A stretch of DNA of 64,000 nt, taken from contig DASYRB010000014.1 of assembly GCA_036004805.1 (NCBI GenBank), positions 21,330 through 85,329 of the forward strand, given 5' to 3'. How positions within the stretch are numbered: the first letter of the stretch is position 1; every line of letters starts with the position of its first letter. A model generated the notes under the pieces. The model was given only the letters and a program-made list of their open reading frames with translations. It did no database searches and was not told the DNA's origin. The position numbers and the translations under genes were made by a program. This stretch comes from Candidatus Norongarragalinales archaeon. Its GTDB lineage: Archaea > Micrarchaeota > Micrarchaeia > Norongarragalinales > DASYRB01. Of this stretch, positions 8,320 to 17,009 are shown piece after piece.

Positions 8320-8880
8320 ATGGACATCACTCTAGACCCGCAGAGCTTCAAAGCCCTAGCGAGCGACACGCGCGTCGAGATATTGAAAACGCTCAAGAAG
8401 CGCAGAATGACCGCCAGCGAGCTCGCCAAAAACACCGGATACAAAGTGCAGACCGTCAGCGAACACCTCGGAAAACTAGAACGGGCCGGCCTCGTGAAGA
8501 GGCATGAAGAGGGACGCAAATGGGTCTATCACTCGCTCACGGAAAAAGGACTCGCGATAGTCGAGCCACAGCCGTTGTCACCTGCAAAGCTCTGGGTCGT
8601 GCTCACGCTCTCACTCGTGATGCTTTCTTTCGGAACGCTTGGCGTGCTGAACAGCGTGACTCTTCCAGTAACGAACAAACCACCAGGCGCGGCCAGCATC
8701 ACTACGGTATCTGAACAAGCGCCACCCGTCGATACCGCGGTCGCTCTGGGACCGACGCCTTCCAGCGATATCGATGTTTCTCGAATATCGGGAGCGGACG
8801 CGGTGCTCGCGCTCACCGGATTATTGTTGTTGATCTACAGTGCCAACAGGTTGAGGAAGTTGCACGCGGAGCTGCGCTAA
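8320..8880 (+). CDS. ArsR-family winged-helix regulator fused to a C-terminal membrane-spanning region
   Basis: The N-terminus FKALASDTRVEILKTLKKRRMTASELAKNTGYKVQTVSEHLGKLERAGLV is ArsR/SmtB-like. Two hydrophobic segments follow (LWVVLTLSLVMLSFGTLGVL and AVLALTGLLLLIY). Confidence 0.7.
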   Translation: MDITLDPQSFKALASDTRVEILKTLKKRRMTASELAKNTGYKVQTVSEHLGKLERAGLVKRHEEGRKWVYHSLTEKGLAIVEPQPLSPAKLWVVLTLSLVMLSFGTLGVLNSVTLPVTNKPPGAASITTVSEQAPPVDTAVALGPTPSSDIDVSRISGADAVLALTGLLLLIYSANRLRKLHAELR

Positions 8881-8884
8881 GGGC

Positions 8885-9628
8885 ATGGCTGACTTGTTGT
8901 TTCTTTTTGGCGCGGTTCTTATCGTCAGCCTGATTTCTCTCGTCGGCATCCTGACTCTAGGCATGCGCAAGGGATTGTTGAACAAGATTTTGTACGGGCT
9001 GGTGAGTTTTGCTGCGGGCGCGATGATCGCGGCGGGACTTTTTGACTTGTTGCCAGAGTCAGAGAACGCTTTGGGAGCGAGCGTCGCGTTACCAATCGTC
9101 GCGGCGGGCATCGTTTCTTTCTTCGTGCTAGAAAAATTCGTTTACTGGACCACTCACTTCCACAGGCCAAGCAAGAGCTCCGCGCGCAGTTTTGCATACA
9201 TGAACCTCGTGGGTGATAGTCTTCACAATTTTCTCGACGGCATCGCGATGGCCGCAGCTTTTACGATCAGCACGCCTCTAGGCATCGTGACGACTCTCGC
9301 GGTGATTCTTCACGAGATTCCTCAAGAGATCGGCGATTTCGGAGTTCTCGTTTACGGAGGCTTCGCGCCCTCCAAAGCGGTTTTCTATAATTTTTTGGTC
9401 GCGCTGATGGCTTTCGCGGGCGCGATCGCTGGAGTTCTTGCAGCGGGAAGGATCGAAGGCGCGGTGCCGATAATGTTGGCTTTCAGTGCTGGCGGTTTTC
9501 TCTACATCGGAGCGGCCGACATGCTGCCCGAACTCCATAAAGAAACGTCAGCGAAAAGGTCGGTCGTACAGCTCGCGTTGTTGATCGCGGGAATGCTTGT
9601 GATCTGGCTGGGCGCGGGCGTTGTTTAG
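8885..9628 (+). CDS. ZIP-family divalent metal transporter (ZupT-like)
   Basis: Polytopic membrane protein with the ZIP signature motifs HNFLDGIAMAAAF and HEIPQEIGDFGVL. Confidence 0.85.
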   Translation: MADLLFLFGAVLIVSLISLVGILTLGMRKGLLNKILYGLVSFAAGAMIAAGLFDLLPESENALGASVALPIVAAGIVSFFVLEKFVYWTTHFHRPSKSSARSFAYMNLVGDSLHNFLDGIAMAAAFTISTPLGIVTTLAVILHEIPQEIGDFGVLVYGGFAPSKAVFYNFLVALMAFAGAIAGVLAAGRIEGAVPIMLAFSAGGFLYIGAADMLPELHKETSAKRSVVQLALLIAGMLVIWLGAGVV

Positions 9629-10656
9629 ACGAGTAATTCTTTCGAAGCCATAAAGAGCATCATTTCCATGAGCCGGTTCGCGTAAGCCCACTCGTTATCG
9701 TACCACCCGTAGCACGCGGCGAAGTCGCTTTTTTCTTTCGGCACGGTGCGCGTGAGCGTCGAGTCAAAGACGCAAGAGCGCGGGTTGCCGAGAATGTCAC
9801 TGCTCACGAAGCTCTCTTCACTGTATTCCAACAGGCCGTTGAACTTGTCTTGCGACGCTTTCTGCATCGCCTCGTTGATTTCTTGCACGGTGACTGTTTT
9901 TTCGAGGTCGGCGATGAACTCGAGCAAGCAACCGTCAGGCACCGGAACGCGTACCGCGGAAGCATTGATTCTGCCCGCGAGCTCCGGCAGCACCAAGTCG
10001 AGTGAGAGGCTCGCGGTGGTAGTGGTGGGTTCGATGTTGAGTGCAGCGGCACGCGCGCGGCGAAGGTCGGCGTGCGGCTGGTCCGTCAATACTTGGCTGC
10101 TTGTATAGGCGTGAATGCTTGTGACGAGGGCGCGTTTGAGTTTGAAAGCGTCGTTCAACACTTTCGCCATTATAGCCGTGCAGTGCGTGGTTGTGGATGC
10201 GGCGCTGATGACTTTGTGTTTTCCAGGATCATACGTTTCCAAGTTGATGCCGTTGACGAGAGTGACGTCGGGATTGCGGACTGGAGCTGCGACGATCACC
10301 TTGCTGGCGCCGATCTCGAAGAAGGTTTCGGCTTGTTTTTTGTCCTGGAACTCTCCAGTGCAGTCGAGCACATAGTCGATTTTTTCCGGCAACGCGATGT
10401 TGAGCGGGTCTTGTTCTTTCGTCATGTGAATCACCGCATCACTCACGCTCAACGCATCGCTCCTGTAGTAAACATCCATCGGAAGGACGTGCTGGACCGA
10501 GTCGTACTTGAAGAGGTGTGCGAGGGTGCCGCTGTCGACGATGTCATTGATGCCCGCGATCTTGATTTGTTTATTGAAATAAGGAGAAAGCACTAGGGCT
10601 CGCAGGAACATTCTGCCCGTTCGTCCGAAGCCGTTGATCGCGATGTTGACGCTCAT
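9625..10656 (-). CDS. Class-I glyceraldehyde-3-phosphate dehydrogenase homologue lacking the catalytic Cys
   Basis: 343 aa. It has the NGFGRTGR Rossmann motif, the IHAYT motif and the WYDNEW motif. The active-site block reads SAASTTTHC where class-I enzymes have SNASCTTNC. Confidence 0.8.
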   Translation of the reverse strand: MSVNIAINGFGRTGRMFLRALVLSPYFNKQIKIAGINDIVDSGTLAHLFKYDSVQHVLPMDVYYRSDALSVSDAVIHMTKEQDPLNIALPEKIDYVLDCTGEFQDKKQAETFFEIGASKVIVAAPVRNPDVTLVNGINLETYDPGKHKVISAASTTTHCTAIMAKVLNDAFKLKRALVTSIHAYTSSQVLTDQPHADLRRARAAALNIEPTTTTASLSLDLVLPELAGRINASAVRVPVPDGCLLEFIADLEKTVTVQEINEAMQKASQDKFNGLLEYSEESFVSSDILGNPRSCVFDSTLTRTVPKEKSDFAACYGWYDNEWAYANRLMEMMLFMASKELLV

Positions 10657-10690
10657 TTTGTTTCGTTTTTGGTTTTAGCGCGGGTGTCGA

Positions 10691-10698
10691 TTTAATAC
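10691..10698 (+). promoter_or_regulatory. TATA-like box upstream of tRNA-Leu
   Basis: The sequence tttaatac lies about 30 nt upstream of tRNA position 1, which is typical archaeal spacing. Confidence 0.4.
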
Positions 10699-10720
10699 CT
10701 CCCGCGTCCAAAATTATTAC

Positions 10721-10803
10721 GCAGGGATGGCAGAGCGGTCAAATGCGGGCGCCTCAAGAGCGCCTCCCTTAGGGGTTCGAGGGTTCGAGTCCCTCTCCCT
10801 GCA
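10721..10803 (+). tRNA. tRNA-Leu (anticodon CAA)
   Basis: Hand-folded cloverleaf: acceptor GCAGGGA/TCCCTGC, anticodon stem GGCGC/GCGCC with loop CTCAAGA, a long variable arm, T-arm GAGGG-TTCGAGT-CCCTC, and discriminator A. No CCA is encoded. Confidence 0.95.
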
Positions 10804-10899
10804 CTACCTCTTTATATTTCCAGTGTGTAGTCCAGAACTACCCGGAAAGAGAAGAAAATATGAAAATTTTTCTTTCCGAGGGAGGTTTTCGAAACACAC

Positions 10900-11601
10900 A
10901 TGAAAATTAACAACCTTTTCGTTTTCGGCCTGGTGGCCGCATTGCTGCTCGCCGGATGCGCCGGATATGGGCAAGCTAACGTCGGCGCCGGAGCCGGACG
11001 CGTAGTTTTCGCAGTGACGGACGCTGCTGCCGACATGGGCAGCGTGTCGAGCGTCAAGATGACGATCGACAAGGTCGAAGCGCACAACGACGCGCAAGGA
11101 TGGGTCACCGTATCAACGGCGTCCAAGACTTACGACTTGATCGCTTTGAAAGCGCAAGGCAAGACCGTCGTGCTCGCCGACTATCAACTACAATCCGGAA
11201 CGTACCAGCAAGTGCGCCTGCACATCTCCAACGTCGTAGTGACGGACTCAAGCGGAGACCACACCGCCAAGCTGCCTTCGAACGAGCTGAAAATCATTGG
11301 AAATACTGTCGTGCAAGAAAACACGACGTCTTCGGTGCTTTTCGACTTCATCGTCGACAAGTCGCTGCACGTGACGGGAGACGGCCAATACATCTTCGCG
11401 CCGGTCGTTCACTTCCAGACTCGCGAAAAAACGAGAACTGAAGTGAGGTCGGACGAAAGCGTAGATATCCAGAATGGCCAAACGGATGACGACAAAGAGG
11501 TCGGCATGGATGTCAATGGAAACGTCCAGGTCGGAGCTCAAATCCCGGCCAACGCCAGGCTGAACATCGAGTCGAACGGAAGAATCGGCATCAGCGGATA
11601 A
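10900..11601 (+). CDS. DUF4382-like secreted lipoprotein
   Basis: Signal peptide with a lipobox-like LLLAGC. The body (FAVTDAA...V.SVKMTIDKVEAH...WVTV...YDLIALK...L...QL.SGTYQQVRLHI) matches my recollection of the DUF4382 pattern. Confidence 0.7.
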   Translation: MKINNLFVFGLVAALLLAGCAGYGQANVGAGAGRVVFAVTDAAADMGSVSSVKMTIDKVEAHNDAQGWVTVSTASKTYDLIALKAQGKTVVLADYQLQSGTYQQVRLHISNVVVTDSSGDHTAKLPSNELKIIGNTVVQENTTSSVLFDFIVDKSLHVTGDGQYIFAPVVHFQTREKTRTEVRSDESVDIQNGQTDDDKEVGMDVNGNVQVGAQIPANARLNIESNGRIGISG

Positions 11602-11698
11602 AAAAATCTCTCACAAAAAAAGGCTCTTAACTCCCTACACTCTTTCTTTTTTTCACACGCGCCCCCACCCCCCCCCAAAAAAACATTTTTTTCAAGAA

Positions 11699-12094
11699 AT
11701 GAAAACCATCAAGCAAAAAGCGTTGTTCGACGCGGCACCGCACGACGTTTTCGAAGCACTCATGGATTCGAAAAAACACCGCGAGTTCACCGGCGCCAAA
11801 GCCACGCTGAGCAGGAAAGTGGGCGGCGCGTTCAGCGTCTGGAACGGCTTTGCGAAAGGAAAAAACCTGCAACTCGTAAAAGACAAGAAGATCGTGCAGT
11901 CCTGGCGCGCGAACGACTGGCCCAAAGGCGCCGTCTCAAGAGTCGTTTTCGACATTAGTTCCTCAAAACACGGCACTGAATTGTTGTTTTCTCAGAACGG
12001 CGTTCCTGAAGAATTCGCCAAGGACATCGAGCAGGGCTGGATCGATTTCTACTGGAAACCCATGGCGAGAATGTTCGCTAAGGCGAAAAACTGA
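11699..12094 (+). CDS. SRPBCC/AHSA1-like (START-fold) protein
   Basis: 131 aa. The size and the motifs (VFEALMD...H.EFTG...GGAFSVWNG...G.N..L..DKKIVQSWR...W) fit Aha1-C/SRPBCC domain proteins. Confidence 0.65.
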   Translation: MKTIKQKALFDAAPHDVFEALMDSKKHREFTGAKATLSRKVGGAFSVWNGFAKGKNLQLVKDKKIVQSWRANDWPKGAVSRVVFDISSSKHGTELLFSQNGVPEEFAKDIEQGWIDFYWKPMARMFAKAKN

Positions 12095-12145
12095 ACAATT
12101 CACGCTGAATAAATACCCCCCAAATCTTACAGTGTATCGAAACAA

Positions 12146-12865
12146 ATGGAAAACAAAGCGATCTTTGCAATCATCGCGGCCGCAGTACTCTTCGCCGGCT
12201 GCGTAAACATCGGCAACGAACGCACCATCACCACCACCGGCGACGCGGAAAGACAAGTACAGCCGGACGTCGCGGAAATCTTTTTCACGGTACAGACGAA
12301 CGACACCAGCGCACAAATCGCGCAAGACAACAACTCAAGAATCACCGCGGCAATCGTTGATGCTCTCAAGCGCGCAGGAGTCGCGAGCGCGGACATCGAG
12401 ACTCTGAGTTACTCAATACAGCCGAACATCGAGTACGACTACATCAATGGAAAATCTATGCAGAACGGATTCATCGCCAACCAACAAATCAAAGTTACAG
12501 CGCGCGACATGCAGAAAGTCGGCACTTACCTGAGCGTCGCGGTAGACGCCGGCGCAACCACGATACAAAGCGTACAGTTCTCTCTAACCAAAGAGCACGA
12601 GAACACTCTCAAGGCGGAAGTTCTTGCCGAAGCGAGCGCCGCCGCGAAAACCAAGGCGCAAGCGATCGCAACCGGACTCGGCGCCAAGCTCGGACCTCTG
12701 AAAACAATCAGTGAAAGCAACTGGCGCATCTTCCCATACATGTATGGAGGAATCGCTGAAGCGGCCTCCGCAATCAGAACCGGCGCGCCCGTTCCACCGA
12801 TCAACCCGAGCAAGGTCACGGTCACCGCATCGATAACTGTCAGCTACGACATCATCGGCGGATAG
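12146..12865 (+). CDS. SIMPL/DUF541-domain secreted lipoprotein
   Basis: Signal peptide ending in a lipobox-like LFAGC. The segments GDAERQVQPDVAEIFFTV and the C-terminal VTVTASITVSYDI are typical of the SIMPL family. Confidence 0.75.
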   Translation: MENKAIFAIIAAAVLFAGCVNIGNERTITTTGDAERQVQPDVAEIFFTVQTNDTSAQIAQDNNSRITAAIVDALKRAGVASADIETLSYSIQPNIEYDYINGKSMQNGFIANQQIKVTARDMQKVGTYLSVAVDAGATTIQSVQFSLTKEHENTLKAEVLAEASAAAKTKAQAIATGLGAKLGPLKTISESNWRIFPYMYGGIAEAASAIRTGAPVPPINPSKVTVTASITVSYDIIGG

Positions 12866-12876
12866 AAAAAGAAAAA

Positions 12877-14313
12877 CTAGCCTTTGATGACGCCGAGCGG
12901 CAATAGTTTCGCAACGATGGAACTGATTTTTGCTTTCTCTACAGTTTGCACGACGGCGTCGACGTCTTTGTAAGCGGGTCCGTATTCTTCAGCCACTCCA
13001 CGCGCATTCGGCGACCGAACGGCTTGTCCTTTCTTCTCCATTTCACGCATTATCTCTTGGCCGTTATAGCGACGCAGCGCCTCGTGCCTGCTCATCGTGC
13101 GTCCGGCGCCGTGGCAAGAACTGCCGAAGCTCTCTTCACTGCCAGCCTGTCCCACGAGAACGTACGACGCAGTATTCATGCTGCCCGGAATCAGCACCGG
13201 CTGACCGACTTTGCGATAGGCTTGCGGGACTTCCGCTTTGCCGGGACCAAAAGCGCGCGTTGCGCCTTTGCGGTGGATGAGTAGTTTTTTGCGTTTGCCG
13301 TCTATGCGGTATTCTTCGAACTTGGCGTTGTTGTGGCACAAGTCGTAAACGAGACGCATGTCCATGTCTTCCCAGCCGCGTTTGAACACGTTCGCGAAAC
13401 TCTCGCGCGTCCAGTGCGTCATCACTTGTCTGTTATTGAAGGCGAAGTTCATGCCGCACTGCATTCCACCAATGTAGTTCTGTGCTTCTTTGCTGTGAAT
13501 CGGCGTGCCAACAAGCTCCTTGTCAACTAACTTGACTCCGTACTTGTCTGCCGCGGGCAGCATTTCGCGGATGTAATCCGTAGCGATCTGGTGTCCGAAG
13601 CCGCGAGAGCCGCTGTGGATCATCACGCAAACCTGTCCCTCGTACAATCCGAATGACTTGGCTGCTTCTTTGTGCAGAATTTTGTCGACGACTTGCACTT
13701 CTGCGAAGTGATTGCCGCTGCCGAGAGTGCCGAATTGTGGTCCGCCGCGTTTTTTGGCGAGCTCGCTCACTTTTTCTGGCAACGCGCCCCGTGCCTCGCC
13801 TTCTTCTTCGCAGTGCAGCGAGTCTTCGCGCGTCGCGTATCCTTTCTCTTCACTCCACTTCGTGCCACGCGTCACTGCGTCGTCGAGTTCTCGCGCCGTG
13901 AGCCGCAATCTTCCTTTTTCTCCTGCGCCGGTAGGAATGTTTTTGTAGAGCTCGTCAATGAGCTGTTTAATTTTAGGTTTTACATCGTCAACGGAAAGAT
14001 TCGTTCTGATGAGACGAACGCCGCAACTTATGTCATAACCTATCCCGCCTGGTGAGACGATTCCTTCTTCGTCGTTGAATGCGGCGACGCCGCCTACGGG
14101 GAATCCGTATCCTTCGTGTCCGTCAGGCATTACCAGCATCGCTTTCTCGATTCCTGGAAGAGTCGCGACGTTTTGTGCCTGCATGAGTGTGCGGTCGTTG
14201 TTCATTCCTTGGAACATCGCGTCGTCGTTGCAGTAGGCGCGCACTGGCACGCGCATTTCTCCTTTTTTCGGTAGCTCGTAGATGACGTTGTCGATTTTTT
14301 TGTGTTCTTGCAA
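12877..14313 (-). CDS. rtcB: RNA-splicing ligase RtcB
   Basis: 478 aa with the hallmark motifs PDGHEGYGFPVGGV, GGIGYDISCGVR, GSGNHF, HSGSRGFGH and CHGAGR. There is no intein. Confidence 0.95.
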   Translation of the reverse strand: MQEHKKIDNVIYELPKKGEMRVPVRAYCNDDAMFQGMNNDRTLMQAQNVATLPGIEKAMLVMPDGHEGYGFPVGGVAAFNDEEGIVSPGGIGYDISCGVRLIRTNLSVDDVKPKIKQLIDELYKNIPTGAGEKGRLRLTARELDDAVTRGTKWSEEKGYATREDSLHCEEEGEARGALPEKVSELAKKRGGPQFGTLGSGNHFAEVQVVDKILHKEAAKSFGLYEGQVCVMIHSGSRGFGHQIATDYIREMLPAADKYGVKLVDKELVGTPIHSKEAQNYIGGMQCGMNFAFNNRQVMTHWTRESFANVFKRGWEDMDMRLVYDLCHNNAKFEEYRIDGKRKKLLIHRKGATRAFGPGKAEVPQAYRKVGQPVLIPGSMNTASYVLVGQAGSEESFGSSCHGAGRTMSRHEALRRYNGQEIMREMEKKGQAVRSPNARGVAEEYGPAYKDVDAVVQTVEKAKISSIVAKLLPLGVIKG

Positions 14314-14351
14314 AAGTTTCCACTCGTCTGGTTTTTGGAATTGTTAGAATA

Positions 14352-14693
14352 GTGTTTGTTGAATGTTTAGCTATATTAACTACCTTCGATGAGAATGCTT
14401 TTGACACCCCAAAGATGCAACTCGGCAAGCTGAAAGCTCGTTTCGTCGTCAACCTGACAGACATGGGTTCCGGCAGTATCGAGTTGTTCGATGACGGCGT
14501 GCAGATAAACATCGGCAGAGCGCGCACGGTTCCTTACAATTATATCGAGCGCGTGGAGAAGACGGGCGAACTGCCGCTCGGCAAGGTGGGAGTGACGCTG
14601 CACTTTTTCGATCCTTTCGGCAACCGCGAGCGCACCGAGTTCGCGATGCGAGACAACGACTTCAGAGCCCTCCAGAACGCTCTCAGGAAATAA
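14352..14693 (+). CDS. Hypothetical protein; the true start may be ATG 14415
   Basis: 113-aa ORF divergent from rtcB. No family is recognised. MQLGKLKARF at 14415 is a plausible alternative start. Confidence 0.45.
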   Translation: MFVECLAILTTFDENAFDTPKMQLGKLKARFVVNLTDMGSGSIELFDDGVQINIGRARTVPYNYIERVEKTGELPLGKVGVTLHFFDPFGNRERTEFAMRDNDFRALQNALRK

Positions 14694-14699
14694 GGAAAA

Positions 14700-15083
14700 A
14701 TGACTTCAAGGACTTTTTCTCCCGAACCCGCTTTTTTCAAGAGCTGGATAATGCGAAAAGTTAAGCAATCCGCACCGGGTTTCGAGGTGCATGAAACGCC
14801 AAAACACCACTCCTACCTATCAGGCAACACGAAGATCTGGGATTACAAGGCCGCGATCAATTTTCAAAAAAACAACGTGCCGTGGCACGTGCCAGTAGTC
14901 ATCAGTTTGTTCAAGAGGCCCGAAAGACATGGTTATGGCGCGTTCGTGAGCGTGCCTCAACACCCAGCCGCTCTCGCTGCTTTGTCGCCGTTCAGAAGAA
15001 TCTGGGGCGCGCCGGTTAATGCAGAAGCGCATGATTACGGCAGCGAGCACTCCATTGTTGCAGAGTTCAGGGTCAAGCGCTGA
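14700..15083 (+). CDS. Hypothetical protein
   Basis: 127-aa ORF 6 nt after the previous gene. No family is recognised. Confidence 0.4.
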   Translation: MTSRTFSPEPAFFKSWIMRKVKQSAPGFEVHETPKHHSYLSGNTKIWDYKAAINFQKNNVPWHVPVVISLFKRPERHGYGAFVSVPQHPAALAALSPFRRIWGAPVNAEAHDYGSEHSIVAEFRVKR

Positions 15084-15137
15084 AAGCGGCAATCTTTTTA
15101 GACGACCACTCTTTCTGCATTCACAAAAAAAAAAAAA

Positions 15138-16967
15138 ATGAAGCTATTCAACACTCTACTCGCACTGCTCGCGTTGTCACTGTTGACAAGCGCGGCCAGC
15201 ATGCCCGCTCCCGCGGTCGATACTAACGGAGAAGGAATAGTCACCATCATCACTGCCGACGTTTCTCCCGGCAACGGCTACGTACACCTCGTGCTGCCTC
15301 CATACATCAGCACGGACACTCAACAAAGCATGGCATACGCTGCCGCCGCTGCGTCCGACGCCGCCGGCGTGCCTTTCGAAAACTACGATTATTACTATTC
15401 TATCGAAACGAACGCGGAAGTGATCGACGGTCCTTCCGGAGGAGTTGCGATGGGTCTCGCGGTCTATTCAGAACTCGCTCACCGAAAACTGCGCAGCGAC
15501 ATGGCCGCCACGGGAACGATCGACGACCTCGGCGTGCTCGGGACGATCGGTGGCGTCGTGCAGAAAGCCGACGCGCTCGCGCAGAAAAACATCACGCTGC
15601 TCATCGTTCCCTTCGGACAATCACAAGAAGCCGGCATCGACCTCTCGGCTTACGGAGCGACGCGCGGAATACAAATCGTCGAAGCACGCAGCTTGAGGGA
15701 AGCGATCGGTTTCGCGTTCACGAAAGAAGGAGAAAAAGTCAACTACACACCACCACAACAACCAAGATTCTCCATTGATTACTACAACGCGACAAGCAAG
15801 ACCGCGCCCATCGCTGCAGTCGCCGGACAAGAACTCAATCGTTATTTTCAACGCATCTCCACCAACGCGTCCAGCGTTTCAAAACAGGCGCTTGAAGAAG
15901 TGCTCAACAATTCCCGAGAGCTCTACGAAAAAGGATATTCCTACAGCGCTGCAAACCTGCTGTTCGTGACTCAAGTCAGCCTCGACACGCTCGACCTCGC
16001 GACCGCAAACACGTCACGCGAATCGGTGCGCAACGAGTCACTGTCACTAAGACAGCAGCTCGAATCTTACGAGTTCAAACAACTCACGATCGACAACTTC
16101 GAAATCGTCGCCGGCGCGCAACTGAGAGCGCATTGGGCGGAAGACCGCGTAACGAACATTCTCGACGCGCTCGACCACGGCGCTCCCGAAAGAGCGCTCT
16201 ACCGCGACCTCGCGCTCGCGCGAAACTGGGCAAGAGCCGCCAAAGCACTCGACCAAGCCGCGCCATCCACCGGAAAAACCATCAACGAATTAACACTGAG
16301 AAGCATGGCGAGCACGCTCGTCGAAGCCGCTTCGCGAGCGAGCGAGACCATCATTGACGAGGAAGGCGACCAACACCTCCAGGGAGCGCGAACCGCGTTC
16401 AGCAAGTCTCGATACGCGGCGGCCATTCTCGATGCGACGCTCGCCGGTTCTTTCTATCACTCCGCTTCAGAAACAGCGAACCTGACGAGCAAGGAACAAC
16501 AATCACTAGCGATCAACGCCTCGCAAAACTTGCGCAAGAGCAGCGAGCTCTCGAGCGCTTGGGCAGAAGCCTACCAAGCACACGCCCTCTACGACTTGGA
16601 GGAAGGCAACCGCACGCAAGTCGCGGGTTTCTACGAACAAGCTTACAAACTGTTCTTCCTGAGCGGCCTCACGGAAGAAAAAATGAGCCAAGCGAGAACA
16701 CTCGCGCTCGCCACTCCCTCACCGACCGCGACGGAACAGCCTGCTTTGAACGTGATCGTCACGCAGCAGGAGGAAAACAACCCCATCGCGTCCTTTTTGA
16801 AAGAACCCGGCTCCAGTAAAGCTATCATCGGCTTTCTCGTCGGCATGATTCTTGCAAGCCTAGCCGCCATCATCATCTACGTTTCCACGCGGCCTTCTGA
16901 AACGACCGCTCGTTCCACGAAAGAAGCGCGCAAGACGAAGAGCTTGTGGCGCCGAAGGTCGCGCTGA
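15138..16967 (+). CDS. Secreted, C-terminally anchored Lon-type (S16) protease-domain protein with a long helical extension
   Basis: N-terminal signal (LLALLALSLLTSAAS). The Lon proteolytic-domain core is DGPSGGVAMGLAVYS...ATGTIDDLGVLGTIGGVVQKADALA, giving a Ser-Lys dyad context. There is no AAA+ module. A ~350-aa helical region follows, then a C-terminal TM (IIGFLVGMILASLAAIIIYV) and a basic tail. Confidence 0.75.
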   Translation: MKLFNTLLALLALSLLTSAASMPAPAVDTNGEGIVTIITADVSPGNGYVHLVLPPYISTDTQQSMAYAAAAASDAAGVPFENYDYYYSIETNAEVIDGPSGGVAMGLAVYSELAHRKLRSDMAATGTIDDLGVLGTIGGVVQKADALAQKNITLLIVPFGQSQEAGIDLSAYGATRGIQIVEARSLREAIGFAFTKEGEKVNYTPPQQPRFSIDYYNATSKTAPIAAVAGQELNRYFQRISTNASSVSKQALEEVLNNSRELYEKGYSYSAANLLFVTQVSLDTLDLATANTSRESVRNESLSLRQQLESYEFKQLTIDNFEIVAGAQLRAHWAEDRVTNILDALDHGAPERALYRDLALARNWARAAKALDQAAPSTGKTINELTLRSMASTLVEAASRASETIIDEEGDQHLQGARTAFSKSRYAAAILDATLAGSFYHSASETANLTSKEQQSLAINASQNLRKSSELSSAWAEAYQAHALYDLEEGNRTQVAGFYEQAYKLFFLSGLTEEKMSQARTLALATPSPTATEQPALNVIVTQQEENNPIASFLKEPGSSKAIIGFLVGMILASLAAIIIYVSTRPSETTARSTKEARKTKSLWRRRSR

Positions 16968-17009
16968 AGCTCTGTTTTTAAACACCCGAATCCAAAAACC
17001 TCTTAACAC

